Shown here: one piece after another, positions 25,056-43,894 of the stretch
Numbering within the stretch: the first letter of the stretch is position 1
How the letters are laid out: the number at the start of each line of letters is the position of its first letter
Source of the DNA: Bigelowiella natans CCMP2755
Lineage: Eukaryota; Protista; Cercozoa
Assembly (NCBI GenBank): GCA_000320545.1
Contig: ADNK01000879.1
Span: 1 to 64,000, forward strand
Reading direction: 5' to 3'
Length of the DNA stretch: 64,000 bases
Notes under the pieces: generated by a model
Database searches by the model: none
Told to the model about the DNA's origin: nothing
The model's input: the letters and a program-made list of their open reading frames with translations, nothing else
Made by a program: the position numbers and the translations under genes

Positions 25056-27107
25056 TCCTGAGCTCGGGAATATTATGGCCTGGCTTCTGAAATCTCCCCC
25101 CTCCCCCCCCCTCCCATCCGCAGGTGGCGCTCGAGAAAGCGGACGTGATACTTGTCGTGTGCGAGGCACATCGTCAAGGGTAATAATGGAAGGAAAAGAT
25201 ATCAAATAAAAACAAACCAAAAAACCCAACGACGGCTACGGTCTAAAGAGAGCCTGCTCTGATCTGCTTCTCCTCCTCCTCCTCCTCCTCCTCCTCCTCT
25301 TCTCAGGGTCCATCCAACCGATAAGGAGATCATCATGCAGCTTCGACGCAAGATACCAAATAGTGGCAGCCTACCACCATCTTCATCACCTTCCTCCTTC
25401 CCCTCACCATCGTCATCCTCGTCGTCATCATCAACAACAACTCCACGGGACAATGCCAGTCGTCCAAAGGTCCCGTGCATGCTTTGGAATTGGGGGATGG
25501 GGAGGGAAGGACGCACAATATATCAACACGCATCGATGTGCTCGAAATGTCCTCCTTCGTATTCTCTTTCTCCTTCACCAAAGAAACATCGTGCCGTGCG
25601 TACACACGTTCTCACGCACACCCCCCTCCTACTTGCTCCTTCCCTCCCTCCCCTTCAAGATCCAACTCGTCGTTAACAAAGTGGACAACGAAGCAAAGCA
25701 GCTCATGGTAGGAAGGAGGAGGGGGAGTAAGGGGGAGGCAGATCTCTCTCCCTCTCCCTCTCTCTCTCTCTCCCTCCCTCTCTTTGTATGTGCGTGTCTA
25801 TCTCCTTCCTTCCTTTCTCTCCTATATTTCTTTTCTATGCCCGCGTGCATGTACGTACGTGCTTGTGTGAAGATGTATAGGTGTGTGTATATTATTCCAT
25901 GCATCATCGTATGATTAGCAGACGGCTAGTAGAAGTAGTAGCAGTAGTTGTAGCCAGCAGCAGCAGCAGCAGTAGCATTAGCTGATAAAAATTATATCTT
26001 TACGTCGTTCCCACCGTCGGCAGTACTATGAATTCTTCGAGCTATCACGCTTTGGGGTGGGAGACCCAATGCCCGTCTCTGCGTCCAAACGGAGGAATTT
26101 GAGCTTGCTTCTCGACGTGCTGTGTGAGGAGGCCCGACACCACGAAACAACAGCAACCTCGTCAACGACTACTCCTCCCTCACCAACACATACCAGGACG
26201 CAATTAGCAGCAGCAGCCATCGACCCCCCCCCCAAGGGTGAGGGTGAAGAGCCGCCCCCCCCCCCCCCCTGTGCTCAATATAGCAATCGTTGGGAGGGCA
26301 AACGCTGGTAAGTCGGCAGTAGTAGAGGCAGGGATTAGTACAGTAGCTTGGATGTCGTATGTACACGCACACGCACACGTAAATAGTAAAAACGTATCGT
26401 GGTCCTCCCTGTAGGGAAATCGACGCTTTTGAATCGTATTCTTGGAAGACAGAGAGCTATCGTTAAGGTGGTAGTAGTAAAAGTAGGATACGAGGAAAGA
26501 GGAGGAAGAGGAGGAGAGGGAGGCATATCCGTGGTTTCGTTTCGCTGCTGCTGCAACCATACGTTGGTACGAATAAAGAGCAACGGTGATGCGTATCTAT
26601 TCACCGATGATGATGATGATGATGAATGATGATACTCATCCCCATCACCACCCCCGTCGTCTACTTTATTGTCCTCTGCTGGGCGAACGCACGCAGGATA
26701 TGCCAGGCACAACAAGGGACACGATTGCGGAGACCACCACCTACAAAGGTTTGTGCGCTGGAGAGTGGGAACGATGATGAGGATAACGATTGAAACAACA
26801 GCGAGGTCAATGCGTACAAAAGAGCGATGATTCTTCGTAAGCGACCAGCAGCCAAGCCGTTTGATGGGCAGTTACCGTTCGCCGATATACATATGTCTGA
26901 CATAGTATCAACATCATTCGTGTGCACGCAGGTGCGGAGATAAACGTGATTGACACTGCCGGTTTGAAGGGGAAGATGAAGCTTGACCTCTTTTCGTCAT
27001 CATCATCACCATTGCGACAACAGAGGGGAGGAGGCGCAGCTTCGCCTCGAGATAAGCCAGGTCAGATGCTGCTCTACCCGTTAATACTGGAAAACTTACG
27101 TGTACTG

Positions 27108-27138
<31 letters not shown>

Positions 27139-28605
27139 GACTATCTTTTGAAGTTAAAGTTGGTTTCTTTCTTTCTTTGCTCGTCTGTTTGTGTGGCCGT
27201 GTTATCCACTCCTTCTCCTCCTCCTCCTCCTCCTCCTCCTCCTCCTAACGAAGGTATTCCTGGAGGGCCAACGAAGAAGTAAGCATTCACGTAGTAGTAA
27301 ATGTAGTAGCAGTGTTTTGCTAAGATGCCGGGTATACGCAGCAGCAGCAGCCTTAATATGCTGGCAGGGGCTTTGACTTCTGCCAGTAGCGATGAAAATA
27401 CTGAAACGATGTAATCATGCCTTTCGTATTCTTTCAGCAGCTGTTTCAATCGATCGTTGGCTATTGTGTTCTTCTACAATATCACCCGTCTATCATCTGT
27501 ATTTACAGTTACTGTTGTTGTTGCTGTTGCCGCGCATCAATGCGTGCACAACAACACACGCGCATATTGCACACAACCCTCCATTCTAGGGAAAAGAGGC
27601 GAAAGCTGACTCGTGGAGATAAGGCTGCTGTACAACGTCAGCGATTTAAGGTACTTGTTCTTGCAGGTGTTCTTCTAGCAGACTCTCACCGTTTGAATAG
27701 AATTAAGATCCCCCCCCCCCCCCCCTCTTCGACTTAATTATTTATGTCACATGTATGATGGTCTCTACCATCCACTCCATTCTCGTCACCTAACGTCTCG
27801 AGCCGACGTTCCTATCGATCGTTATGCAGGAAATAGAAGCTCGGAAAGAGGAGATCCGTCAGTGGGACCAGCAACAGGTAGTAGTAGTAGTAGTAGTTGT
27901 TGTTGTTGTTGGTGCAGTAGTAGCAGCAGTAGTAGTAGAAGTAGTAGTAGCAGTAGTGGTTCTAATCGGTTCTCCAAGTAACCGGGCTGGGTACTGCTAC
28001 TGAAATCTTAAAAAGATGCACTCCATGTAATCTCAAGAGTTGGAAGCAAGAAAAATCGCCCTAGTCTTTTTAAATCGCGCGCACTCTGTCGCGGGATGTA
28101 TAACGGACTTCCCCCCCCCCCCCCCCCACCTCCTCACTGCACGCAGGCTTTGGAGGAGAAGAAGCGCCGAGCTGAAGAGAATTTGGACAGTGAGGATGAT
28201 CTTGACGCCTACACGCTTATCCGTACAAAGAGAGCGATCATCAATGTAAACGAACGCCACCCGCTCAGCATGAAGAAGAAGAAGAAAAAAAGGAGAACAC
28301 CGCAATAATTTTCATCATGCTGCTACACACTTGACGCACGAGGATTCGTGCATGGTTCCATAATTGTAGGTGGATATAGCAGAAGTACAGCTGTGTTTTA
28401 GAAATGGAGAGGGAATGATGATGATGATGATGATGATGTTGATGATGATAGGGACATTATTTGTGTGCTTTCGTGCAGGCCGACGTTGTGGTAGTTGTGG
28501 TGGACGCAATGGGAGAGTCTCCTTTCTCCATGAGAGACGTGCATGCGATCAGCTTCATCATTAAGCAGGTGGGGAAATATTTGTTAATGCAGCGGGTACT
28601 TAGTA

Positions 28606-28650
<45 letters not shown>

Positions 28651-29196
28651 GTTTGTCGTCCATCCATCCATCCATCCTCATCATCATCCTCATCATCATT
28701 AATCATCATCATCATCATCATCATTAATCATCATCATTTATCATTAATCATTCATCATCACCATCGTCAATATCGCTCCAAGGGGTGCAAGGTGGTCGTT
28801 GCCGTGAACAAGATGGATGAAGCGTCGCTTGACCTGCGCGAATACACTGATTGGCTGCGCTCGCGGACGCAAGGTGGGAGGCGCAGCTTGTGAGTAATGA
28901 AGAATAGGGAGCAGAACGAGATTGGAGAGACCTATCATCAGATAGTCTGATGTTCATGCTACTACTTGCTACTTCTCCTCCTCAGGTTTCCTCTCCGCTA
29001 GGATGTTGCGCGTTGTAGAGCTTTCAGGTGGTTGCGTGCTCTTGCAGGAATCTTTCCACCTGGCTTAGAAAATGACCCGAAAACGTCACAATTATTTCAA
29101 GATCTTGTGACGACGGTGCTATCGATGGCATCATCTATCACAGCCGTTCGTATACACGAAAACCTCGGCACATTTGTTTTTAATCTTCATTTGTAA
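22944..29196 (+). CDS. der: Der/EngA-like double GTPase, probably organelle-targeted; apparent frameshift in C15 tract; KH-like domain not found
   Basis: GD1: VVLVGRPNTGKSSLFN, PGTTRD, IVDTGG, ALEKADVILVV, LVVNKVD, PVSA. GD2: IAIVGRANAGKSTLLNRILG, PGTTRD, VIDTAGL, ADVVVVVVD, VAVNKMD. Arg/Ser-rich N-terminal extension. Confidence 0.9.
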
Positions 29197-30587
29197 TCGG
29201 CCGTTTCATGAACTGTGACATTTTTTTTCCTTCGTGTGATGCTCTGATGACGTACATAATGCATCTACTAGCTTTCATTTCTATTGTTTGCCTCCGGCAT
29301 TAAAATGCCGACGTTCTCATCTAGCCATCCCAGTGATGATGTTCTGTGATGACCCTACTACCAGCGAAACGTGGATGGGGTGTGTCCGAGCTCATCAATG
29401 CGTGCCGCAAACAGCATCAACTGGCAATGACCATCAAAGGAGACGACAATGGGTGCAGTTAGTTACTAGAGTTAATTGTTAATTGTGCTGCGACTACTCA
29501 GTGAATCGGTCTTCGGTTAAACCATAGCAGAATGTCGGGCCCAGTCATGACGTATCGATCAGTTCTATCTTATTCGTCAACGTGTTCGCATATCTAGATA
29601 TGCTCGTTTTATGTACGCGTATGTTGCACATATTCTAGATATTGTGCGTCCGTACCAGAGCATTACAACTGAGCGCTCAGGCTGTAAATGCACCGCTAGA
29701 CCTGACCGTTTCGCACTTGCCGTACGATACGCGACAGCACAATAATTCTAGTGGCCAACACGTTCAGTGAACATGGACACAATGTTTCCCCGAGGCATTA
29801 GCATGTCGCCTATACTAGTATAGCTGCTGCCCCAATTGTAGAAACAACAAACATTAATTAGGCTATATGTAGCTATGTATGCTGGTATGGCTGCGTGGCG
29901 GAGCACATACTCGGCATCATAAATCCCTGATCACGAATCTATATATAGATATGCGTTCGTAGCCTTTCATGCGCGGGCTATCTAGCTATACGGCATGTTA
30001 TGACCAATATGTGTATTGTGTACATGAGTGTTGAGTGAATGAGCTGTATCAATGACAATGCGCTCGCATCGTAACTTACACGAGTCGTAGGCTAATGCAT
30101 GGCCACACATCTACACCACTTGCGAATGTCTAGATGTGTGCAATGAGCTGCTTCCTCCTTGTTTGCATGTAGCATCCATCCATCATTATCATTATTATTA
30201 CACACGAGCACATAGAGCCATTCGGGTCATTGGCCGGCATCCATCGGTGGGAAAGCAAAATCATGATAAAAGGTTATGATGTGCATGTGCATAAGATCTT
30301 ACAGAGGCGCGTGTTTTCCTCTCGATGACGTACGTTGCGCTCGCCTCTAAAGCCTACGCTACGTTGTTTGGTCCTCAGAGCACCCTTCACTGACAGGGGA
30401 GACTCATCACAAAAAGGAGATTCCACCACCTCATCCGTGCGCTCGTGTCGTTTAGTCGCCAAACCAAAAACGTCCTGTCGCGGTTATAATTTTTGAACGC
30501 CGTTCCAGTCCTCCTCCGCCTCCTCCTCTGAATCATGAAGTTGCACGTAGTAGCACATACATTCTTCTTCTTCTTCTTCTTCTTCTT

Positions 30588-35627
<5,040 letters not shown>

Positions 35628-35919
35628 AGCGATTGCGACGGAGACCGAAAATGCAATTGGTAGTATTCAGAAGCACAGTCTTGGAAAAGCGGGGACGACA
35701 GTGTGCTAACGACGTTATTTCCACATTTACGACATGGAATATTAATCATACCCTCTACATAACTCAGGCAATCTTGATCTACAGACAGCCGGATCTTGTT
35801 GTTGAAATTCTCATCCGTGCAACTTCAGACTTAAGAATCCTCATCGAGGGTGGCGCTGGAGAGAACGAGCAATACATTTAGCCCCATAAACCTAAAAATT
35901 CTTTTGACGTAAGAAAATA

Positions 35920-38275
35920 ATGAAGGTCTCCCTGGCGAAAACTATCTACGCCTTCACGAACCAAGCTAAACCGCTCTTAGATTTCAGCTGGAGGATTGAG
36001 GCGTATTTAGACTAAAATAAAGCGCATTGGGGGAGTCGCATGAGCAAAACAAAGGGGTTCCACCCATTACTCCCCAGCTGAACACCCATCGATTATCCTT
36101 TGGATTAGAGAAAATCGAAATATCGGGCTGTATCGGGTAAATTACATCCATAAGATATCTCTGAATGCTTCTCGTAGAAAAATTGTATAATTGGGTGCGA
36201 CAATATCATTATGCATGTCGTAGCATATGGAAAGGTCCTATTTCGTAGAAATCCTGAAATCCTCAAATGCCCAGCTCCCATCTTCTTCTCGTCCAAGAGC
36301 ATGACTTGATTCACCGCATGTAGTGCATGTGATGATGATGATTCCCAGTTCGTCACAGCCTATTTTTTGACATCAACTGAATTTTGTATGATCTGTGCTG
36401 GCACACGCATTTCAAGCCGAAAAGGGCTGCGTTCGTTCTGTGCGTGTTACTTGGATGACAACCGGAACGGAAGGGCGAAGCAAAGTTCACGTGAATGTAT
36501 TTGCTGGAGTGGCTCGTTAGCGACGCAATCAAGTGTGTCATAGCCGCAGGATGTGTCGTCTATGCAATTCTATATAAGAACCCGAAAAAGAAACTGCAGC
36601 TCCCACGAAACGTGAACCTCGTTTTATCCATCATCCTCACAGCGTTCTACATTGTAAGCCATGATGAACTTTATTATCATTACGCCAAAGAAAGAATGGA
36701 GAGTGTCAATAGATCCTCGTTTCAATTATCTTGCTATGATGTAATCATAAGAGTATTATTATATGAAAAGGGAGCCCGTGAACCATTCTACTTTGGATGG
36801 CAAGCATACGTTATCCTCGCCGACACCATTGCGGTGAGGAAGGACGAAAACTTCTTGCTAATCTTTTGCATTCAATACATGAACGACATTTTTGGTAATT
36901 AACTTCATGTTGTCTTGGTCGCAGATTTTGGCAGCTGGGCTCGTGCTGGTGATACTCCAAATTATATCATGCTTTGATTCTTTTAATGATGAAACTACCA
37001 TTAGTACTTCAGCGTGTTGCTTGCGAATGCACGGTACGAAGCATCTATGTGCACGGAGCATATTTCGGCTGTTCCATTTAGGATCATTCTCGGGAGTAAA
37101 CGAAATATTTGCTTTCTCTTTTTCACAAGTAGTGAATGGTTTTCTTTACTCTCAGTAATCGTCTGTGACACTCTCTTATCTTTCGTCGCAATGATCGGTA
37201 AATGACTCATCAATGCTATCGACAACTTCCTTCATTTTCTATGCTGCCTTACTCCTCTCGTTCTTTCTGCGTCTATTTTCCTTCAGGATCACTCGTCGCC
37301 AACCGAATATTCTGGAATGCTTTCCGACACATCGGTGTAGTGTTCGGCTTGACAACAGGAGGTGGAGTATGGCAATGGTCATTGTATCGCCTTGGTCGTC
37401 TCTTGAAAGAATCCAGCAAGAAAGTTGAAAAAAGGAGTACGAATATATTAACTCCTCGAAGAGTGCCATGTGAGCGGGGATCAGAGGAGAATGGAACCTC
37501 AAACTTTGATTTTATGAAGCAACAACAACAGCAACAACCAAGCAGCCGTGCTCATAGACCTGCAAAAAAAAGGGTGATACACGCACCACCTGTGCGACCG
37601 AATGCAGCATCTTGCCTCCCTACTACCCAGGACTCCTACTACCCTACTCTATCAACAGCGACATCAGCCGTGACCTCTGTGATGAACAATAGTGCTGAAT
37701 CGAAGCTCGGTGGCGGAGCTGTCAACTCTGAGTCCGAAGTGGATAGGCCAGGGCTAAGTGTTCGTATAGGTGATATCACCCCTGAGGAAGGAGGCAGCGC
37801 CCAAGACCTGTATGGCCATCAACGGAAACAGCAGCAGCAACATCAACAGCATCAGCGTCAGCATTCGTTAAAACACGCAGGTACCGCAAGTGGGATGACC
37901 AGGAGTCGGCTTTCTTCCGTAGAGCTTCAACGCGGACTGCGAGAGAGCAAAGAGGGATGCGGAGGGAGCAACAAAGGAACTGTGGTGGAGTTCCAAGAGT
38001 TTCACCTCGACCTTACAGATGGAGAGAAGGAAAAGCTTCGCAAGGATAACAGGGCTCTACGACGGCTGTGCTGGCTTAATTCGATTGGAATCCTATTCAT
38101 CGTTATCATCGTCGTGCTCGCCGGCTACGTTGGGACCCTACAGATTATGTCGGACCAAAGGTTCTCCGAATACTTGGACGAGTTGAACCGAGAATACGAC
38201 CTAGCCGTTGACATCTCAAACTACATCCCACTCTTGGCCAACTGGTACTTTCTTTACTACACGTCTCCAAAGTGA
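35920..38275 (+). CDS. multi-pass (7TM/GPCR-like) membrane protein with long low-complexity loop
   Basis: Short-intron exons encode several hydrophobic helices; the long last exon (ORF 37202..38275) has a TM, a loop of about 200 aa rich in Q/S, then two TMs and WYFLYY; 5' start uncertain. Confidence 0.55.
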
Positions 38276-39314
38276 TCTGTACTCATTGGAACTAGAATGA
38301 TCCCTGCTTGATGTAAGAAATTGACGTGTTGGCAATTGCGAAAAATGGACGCGTGAGAATTTATGGATAGGCTAGTATGCTGCTGAACGATCGCAGGACA
38401 ACTAGACAATATGGAGCTATCCTTCACCTGCATTCAACTCTCTGTGCATGTATGTGCGTCTAGACATATGTACGTATGATGCATCTTCTTTTCTGCATTG
38501 TGCGTCCCATTTACTGCATTGCGCACTGAGTCAGATCTAGACATATCCATAGCTGGACACCGCTAGATTGCAATGTGTGTGAATGGCATGGAGCATGGCA
38601 GCGTCCGATCCTCATATTGTCTTGTAATCATGCTTTTAGATGCATGCGTCGGCTGACCGTTGCGCTAAGGAATTTGCTTCAGCAACAATGACACGTCTTG
38701 ATGTTTCATCTGTTGCTCAGATGCATGCAAACCGTGTGGTGTACAAGCAGAATAACACAGGTCTAGAGGTGTCATTGCAGGATTCTGTTCGCCCTGCCAA
38801 TCTAGCTAGCTAGCAATGATGATGATGATGATGATGACAATGACGTCTAAACGTTGTTGTGGGCAGGTGAGCGCTAGAACGCTACTGGCTAGGCGCAGCA
38901 ATTGTGTATTGCATGTCTATCATAGCATCCTAGCATCTCTAGTTCTAAGTGTGCTACACAACAAATGTTGTATTCATGGTCTTACTCTTTTGTGTTCATA
39001 AAACAAATGCACATTAGTGCAATGCTGGCCCTAGCCATTGATCGTGCACTGTCGCTTCATGTGTGAATTTATTAGGTATATTTAGTACATGCATGCCATA
39101 TATTGCAGCAGCCGTGACTACTATATCAGTCTCTTATTTTATGACATCGTCCCTCATCACATCAAGCCGAGTTATACGCACGGTGTGCTACCTGCTCATC
39201 ACACTGCTATGTAACTTAGCAGCGTAAACAGGAGATACGACATAATGCTTGCCGCACCAGCAGGGCCGCTTCTGTTTCAGACCGTCGTCATTAGCCACTC
39301 GCCATCCACAAATC

Positions 39315-39588
39315 TTAGAAAGCACTGCTTGCATAACTCTCCGACGAAAGGACATCGTTCAGCTCTTGCAGCTCCACGACACCGCTATCGTCCTAAGAGT
39401 ATGAGGTAATTAAATAATAACTCCTTTGAGCTGTGCCGTCCTCCGTAAACCGGAGTAGAGGCCGGTATATTACTGCCATTCCAGGTGGTAGCAGGAGGGG
39501 GAGAGGGAAGAAGCCTGAGTAGCAAGAGTGCTACTTCGACGACTACGACGATAACACGAACACCACACTCCTCCGCCTCCTCCTCCTC

Positions 39589-39623
<35 letters not shown>

Positions 39624-39882
39624 CCTACTACTACCACTACTACGATGATAATACTACCGCTGGTACCCCCACTACCTTGTCAAGAAGAATGAACAGTTCT
39701 CTTGCATTGAACTGTTGCTCGTGAGGCAGACGATGGTTCAGCAGCTCGCATCCCCTAATCATTATTCATTCATCGATGTCGTTACCACTGATGACGCAAA
39801 CGATGGAAGTAGGAGATAGAGGAATGGGATAGAGAATTGGGTATTGCTACTTTCTTTCCCTGTCCCCAAGCCTTGAAATCGT

Positions 39883-39921
<39 letters not shown>

Positions 39922-40504
39922 TATATAATATATTATATAATTATTTAGTGCGGCCTACTTCGTAAATTCTTCGTAAGTCACCACGCCATCGCCATTCTCA
40001 TCTAACAGGCCGAAGATTGCTCTGTGTTGTTGGCGTAGAGGGGGGACAGGGGGAGAGAAAGAGAGGAAGGGGGGGGGGGGGAGGGAGCGACGCATCGCGG
40101 TGTGGAGCACAGCCAAAAATAGTAATAATTAAACAGTAACCGAGAGTCAGAATGAAGACGACAAAGCGGGAAAATAATGCGGAGAAGACAAAAACTAACA
40201 AACGCAGTGATGAAAATATGACATGACAACACTCGTTGGAAACCAATTACATTCGTCGGTGGGTTCGTTTATGCTTTTATGCGTGTGCGTGCGTGTGTGG
40301 TGTGCGTGCGGTCGTTGATTTGTACTGGAGCGCTTGGGAGTGCCTGTGCGCGCTGCCCTCCTTTCCCTGAAAAGAGACAAAATTGGGCAAGGGGGGAGGG
40401 GTAGAAGGGCAGGAGCAAGGCCAATAACAACATTAGCCTATAACCTACAGCATTAGCAGCAAGAAAGCATGCATTGGTCCCTTCTATTTCTTCGTTCTAC
40501 TATA

Positions 40505-40539
<35 letters not shown>

Positions 40540-40691
40540 ACCTGGCAGTAGTCAAGAAAGAGCTTGTAATCTACCCTCCCCTGATCGAAGTCCTCCTTCA
40601 GTCGCTCATCATCCCCAGCAAACAGTCGGTACTCGAGTGACAGGCCTACATCAGATTACCATTGACGACGACGATGGTGATGATAATGACA

Positions 40692-40722
<31 letters not shown>

Positions 40723-40813
40723 CGATGATGGTGCAATCTCACCTAATTCCACGTAAACCGTGTCCTCCCACTCCTTCGTCGTGACCTGCTCGTTGGTTTC
40801 GTTCACGTGGGGC

Positions 40814-40852
<39 letters not shown>

Positions 40853-42367
40853 ATGTGATGGTGACGACAACGAGGGCGAAGATGATAAGGATAATGAGTA
40901 CAATTAATAACGGCGGGGTCTTTGGCCGTGCTGCTACCTTTCCATTTTCATCGGCTTTCTTAGCAAACTCACGCTCTAGATAAGGCTGGACAAGTAGTGA
41001 CGATCGATCATCCACAGAAACAATAATAATCATGATGATGATGACGACGATGATAATGATGACAGATTATTCCATGCACACATCGCTCTCACAAAACAGC
41101 CAGCATCAAGCCCTCTGGATAGAAAATCACGTGAATCTACCGGACGCGGCCAAAACGCACCCTCCGGAGGAATATAGCATGAATGCATTTTCCATTTTTT
41201 AAAAAAACTAGCTACCCCGCCCACAAAATCAAGTGCTCGCTAAATCGGTCTGAATAATTCCGTGGTATTGGGGACTTTCCCCCGCTGTACGCTATTGCTG
41301 CTGTTCAGCACCTTATACTTTGCTAGCAGCTCCAAGAGTTTCTTGTGCTTGGTATTGCTCCTAACCCCACCCGCAGCAGAATACTGGCCTTCGAACGAGG
41401 TTTCATAGCTTATATAGGACAGCGATGAGAAGGGGGGGGGGGGGGGGGAGGAGAAAGAGAGGGGAACCAATAATGAGGACGAAGCTGTAAAGAAATGAAG
41501 GGGGAGGATATGTCGTCGATTTAGCAGTAGTAGTAGTAGTAGTAGTAGTTGTTGTTGTAGGGTTGTTTAAATGTGTATTGTATTGATTGATGCGCCTTTT
41601 GCTGTGTATGTGTCTGTTGATCTATCGTATCGAGTTCTGTTTATAGTAGTCGTAGTGGCAGCAGCACGTTTTCACGGATGGATCGCCTTCTGGCCCATTG
41701 AACACTAATATCGCTCCTTGGTTCCATCTGATAGGTAGGTAGGTCTGATGATGATGATGATGGTGGTGATGATGATGATGCACCCTTTAGATGATGATGA
41801 TGGTGGTGGTGGTGGTGGTAGTGATGACAACTAAATGCACGGTCTCCCCCCTTCGGAAAAGAAAACGAATATCATCATCTACATCGCTGCAGACAGACAG
41901 CAAACAAGCTTGATTTATCTTTCTAGTTAGCAGCCCCCCCTCCCTCCCTTCCTCCCTCCCTCCTCCTCCTCCCCCTCCTCCTCCTCCCTTACAAGTTCTT
42001 CACGTGCAAGAAGCTAGGAATAATATCACCCCCCGATGTAGTTGGATGATGAGAAGACTGTCCAACACTTATACCTACAAGGAGTGGATGGTTCATGCAT
42101 GCATGAAACAGTAGTGTGTCAGAATGACACAATATACACTCGAAACCACGACGTCCTGGGAGAAAGAACGATGAAGACTAGGGCCACAAAATCATCGTAC
42201 ACCACCGCTTAGAAATACATGCATGCACCCCTTTACATTGTAAGTACCCGTCACCACAGTCGATAACGTCGTAGCCGTTTTCCACGCACTCGTGGGATCT
42301 GAAGGTAATTGAAAGAGGACGAAGTAGACGAACTACGATGAGGACATAATCATGTCATCGTGTGATA

Positions 42368-42400
<33 letters not shown>

Positions 42401-43047
42401 GCACTGCCATCGCAGTTGTGCCCCCCCCCCTCTCCCCCACTTTCCTCAACATGTTCTCTCTCCCTAGCACCTACTCGCTATTACCTGATGAGGGTCTTGA
42501 GGCTGGCGGATCCTAAAGACCGGAGCCATTTCACCACCTTCAAAGAACAACATAGGAAAGAGAAAAGAGACGATAAGAGCAGCGAAGATCACGCTCAATT
42601 CAAATAGAGAACTAATTTCCAGAGTAGTATCGATGCAGTGGTTACGAATCATACTGGCCAAATAGACAACATGGCATTGAGGCCGGGTAGATCTTCCGAA
42701 AGTCGTGATTATTTTTACAGAATCATGCTTTTGATAAGACGAGGTGGAGAGGGAGCAACAACATGACTCTCTCGCTCTATATTCTCGGTAATGTCCCAAG
42801 GAATTTAAGTGTACTTATCGCAAATCTTACTACAATACGCAGCAAGACTAAGTGTCATCGATGTTTTCTTTGTTAATATTTCACGATTTTGACCAAGGCA
42901 TTAGTTGATGTAATCATTATTATTATTTTTATCTACCATAGTTACCCTCCCTCCCCCCCCTCCCCCGCCTCCTCACCACATCGGGGCCATATCTACATCC
43001 AGCTCCTCTTAGCGTCTTAGCGGCCTACACAGATCGTTATCATATAT

Positions 43048-43083
<36 letters not shown>

Positions 43084-43570
43084 TATACACCATCACATTT
43101 TCAGAATCCTTTTAATATTTCCATCCTCTTCTTGCTCTTCCTTTTTTAGCTTCTTCTCTTCTTATCATCATCATCATCATCATCATCATCATTTCTCCCC
43201 GTTCCTCCTCCTCACCGTTCCTCGTTCGTAAGGATCAGGGTCCGACCACATCATGTCCTCAATCACCTGGTGGAGGTGTGGTGGGTAGTATACGTTGTTG
43301 TTGTTGTTGTTGTTGTTGTCGTTGTTGCAGCAGATATCACTATCGGGAGGATACATGAAGTATACTTTCGTTGGTAGCAAAGAGGATGATGCCAACAATT
43401 ACAACAACGATGACGACAACGACCACGACGACGACTGCCGCTACTGCTACTGGCAGGATTGGTACTTGTCTCGAGGTGTGCGTTCCGGCCTTTCCTCTCT
43501 CCGTGGCCGTACAAAATGTCTGATTGACGGAGGAAGTGGTGTCGAAGCAGCAATATGCGGCGAGATGCAG

Positions 43571-43605
<35 letters not shown>

Positions 43606-43840
43606 ATAAACAGAATATCAATTACTCTTCTGTCTCTCATTCGTAGCGAGGGAGCTGTAATCGTATTTAAATGAGGACACACTTAACATATTTGCTGTGC
43701 AGTACAGCAGTACCTGTGAGTGCGTTTTCCTAGCGATCGCCCCGATGTGCTGAATCGTTGTGCCTTCCGTTCTGTGCAAGTGCGAGTTGGTGGGTGGGTG
43801 GGTGGGTGGGTATGGACGTAGGTGTTTGTGCGTGTGCCAT

Positions 43841-43894
<54 letters not shown>

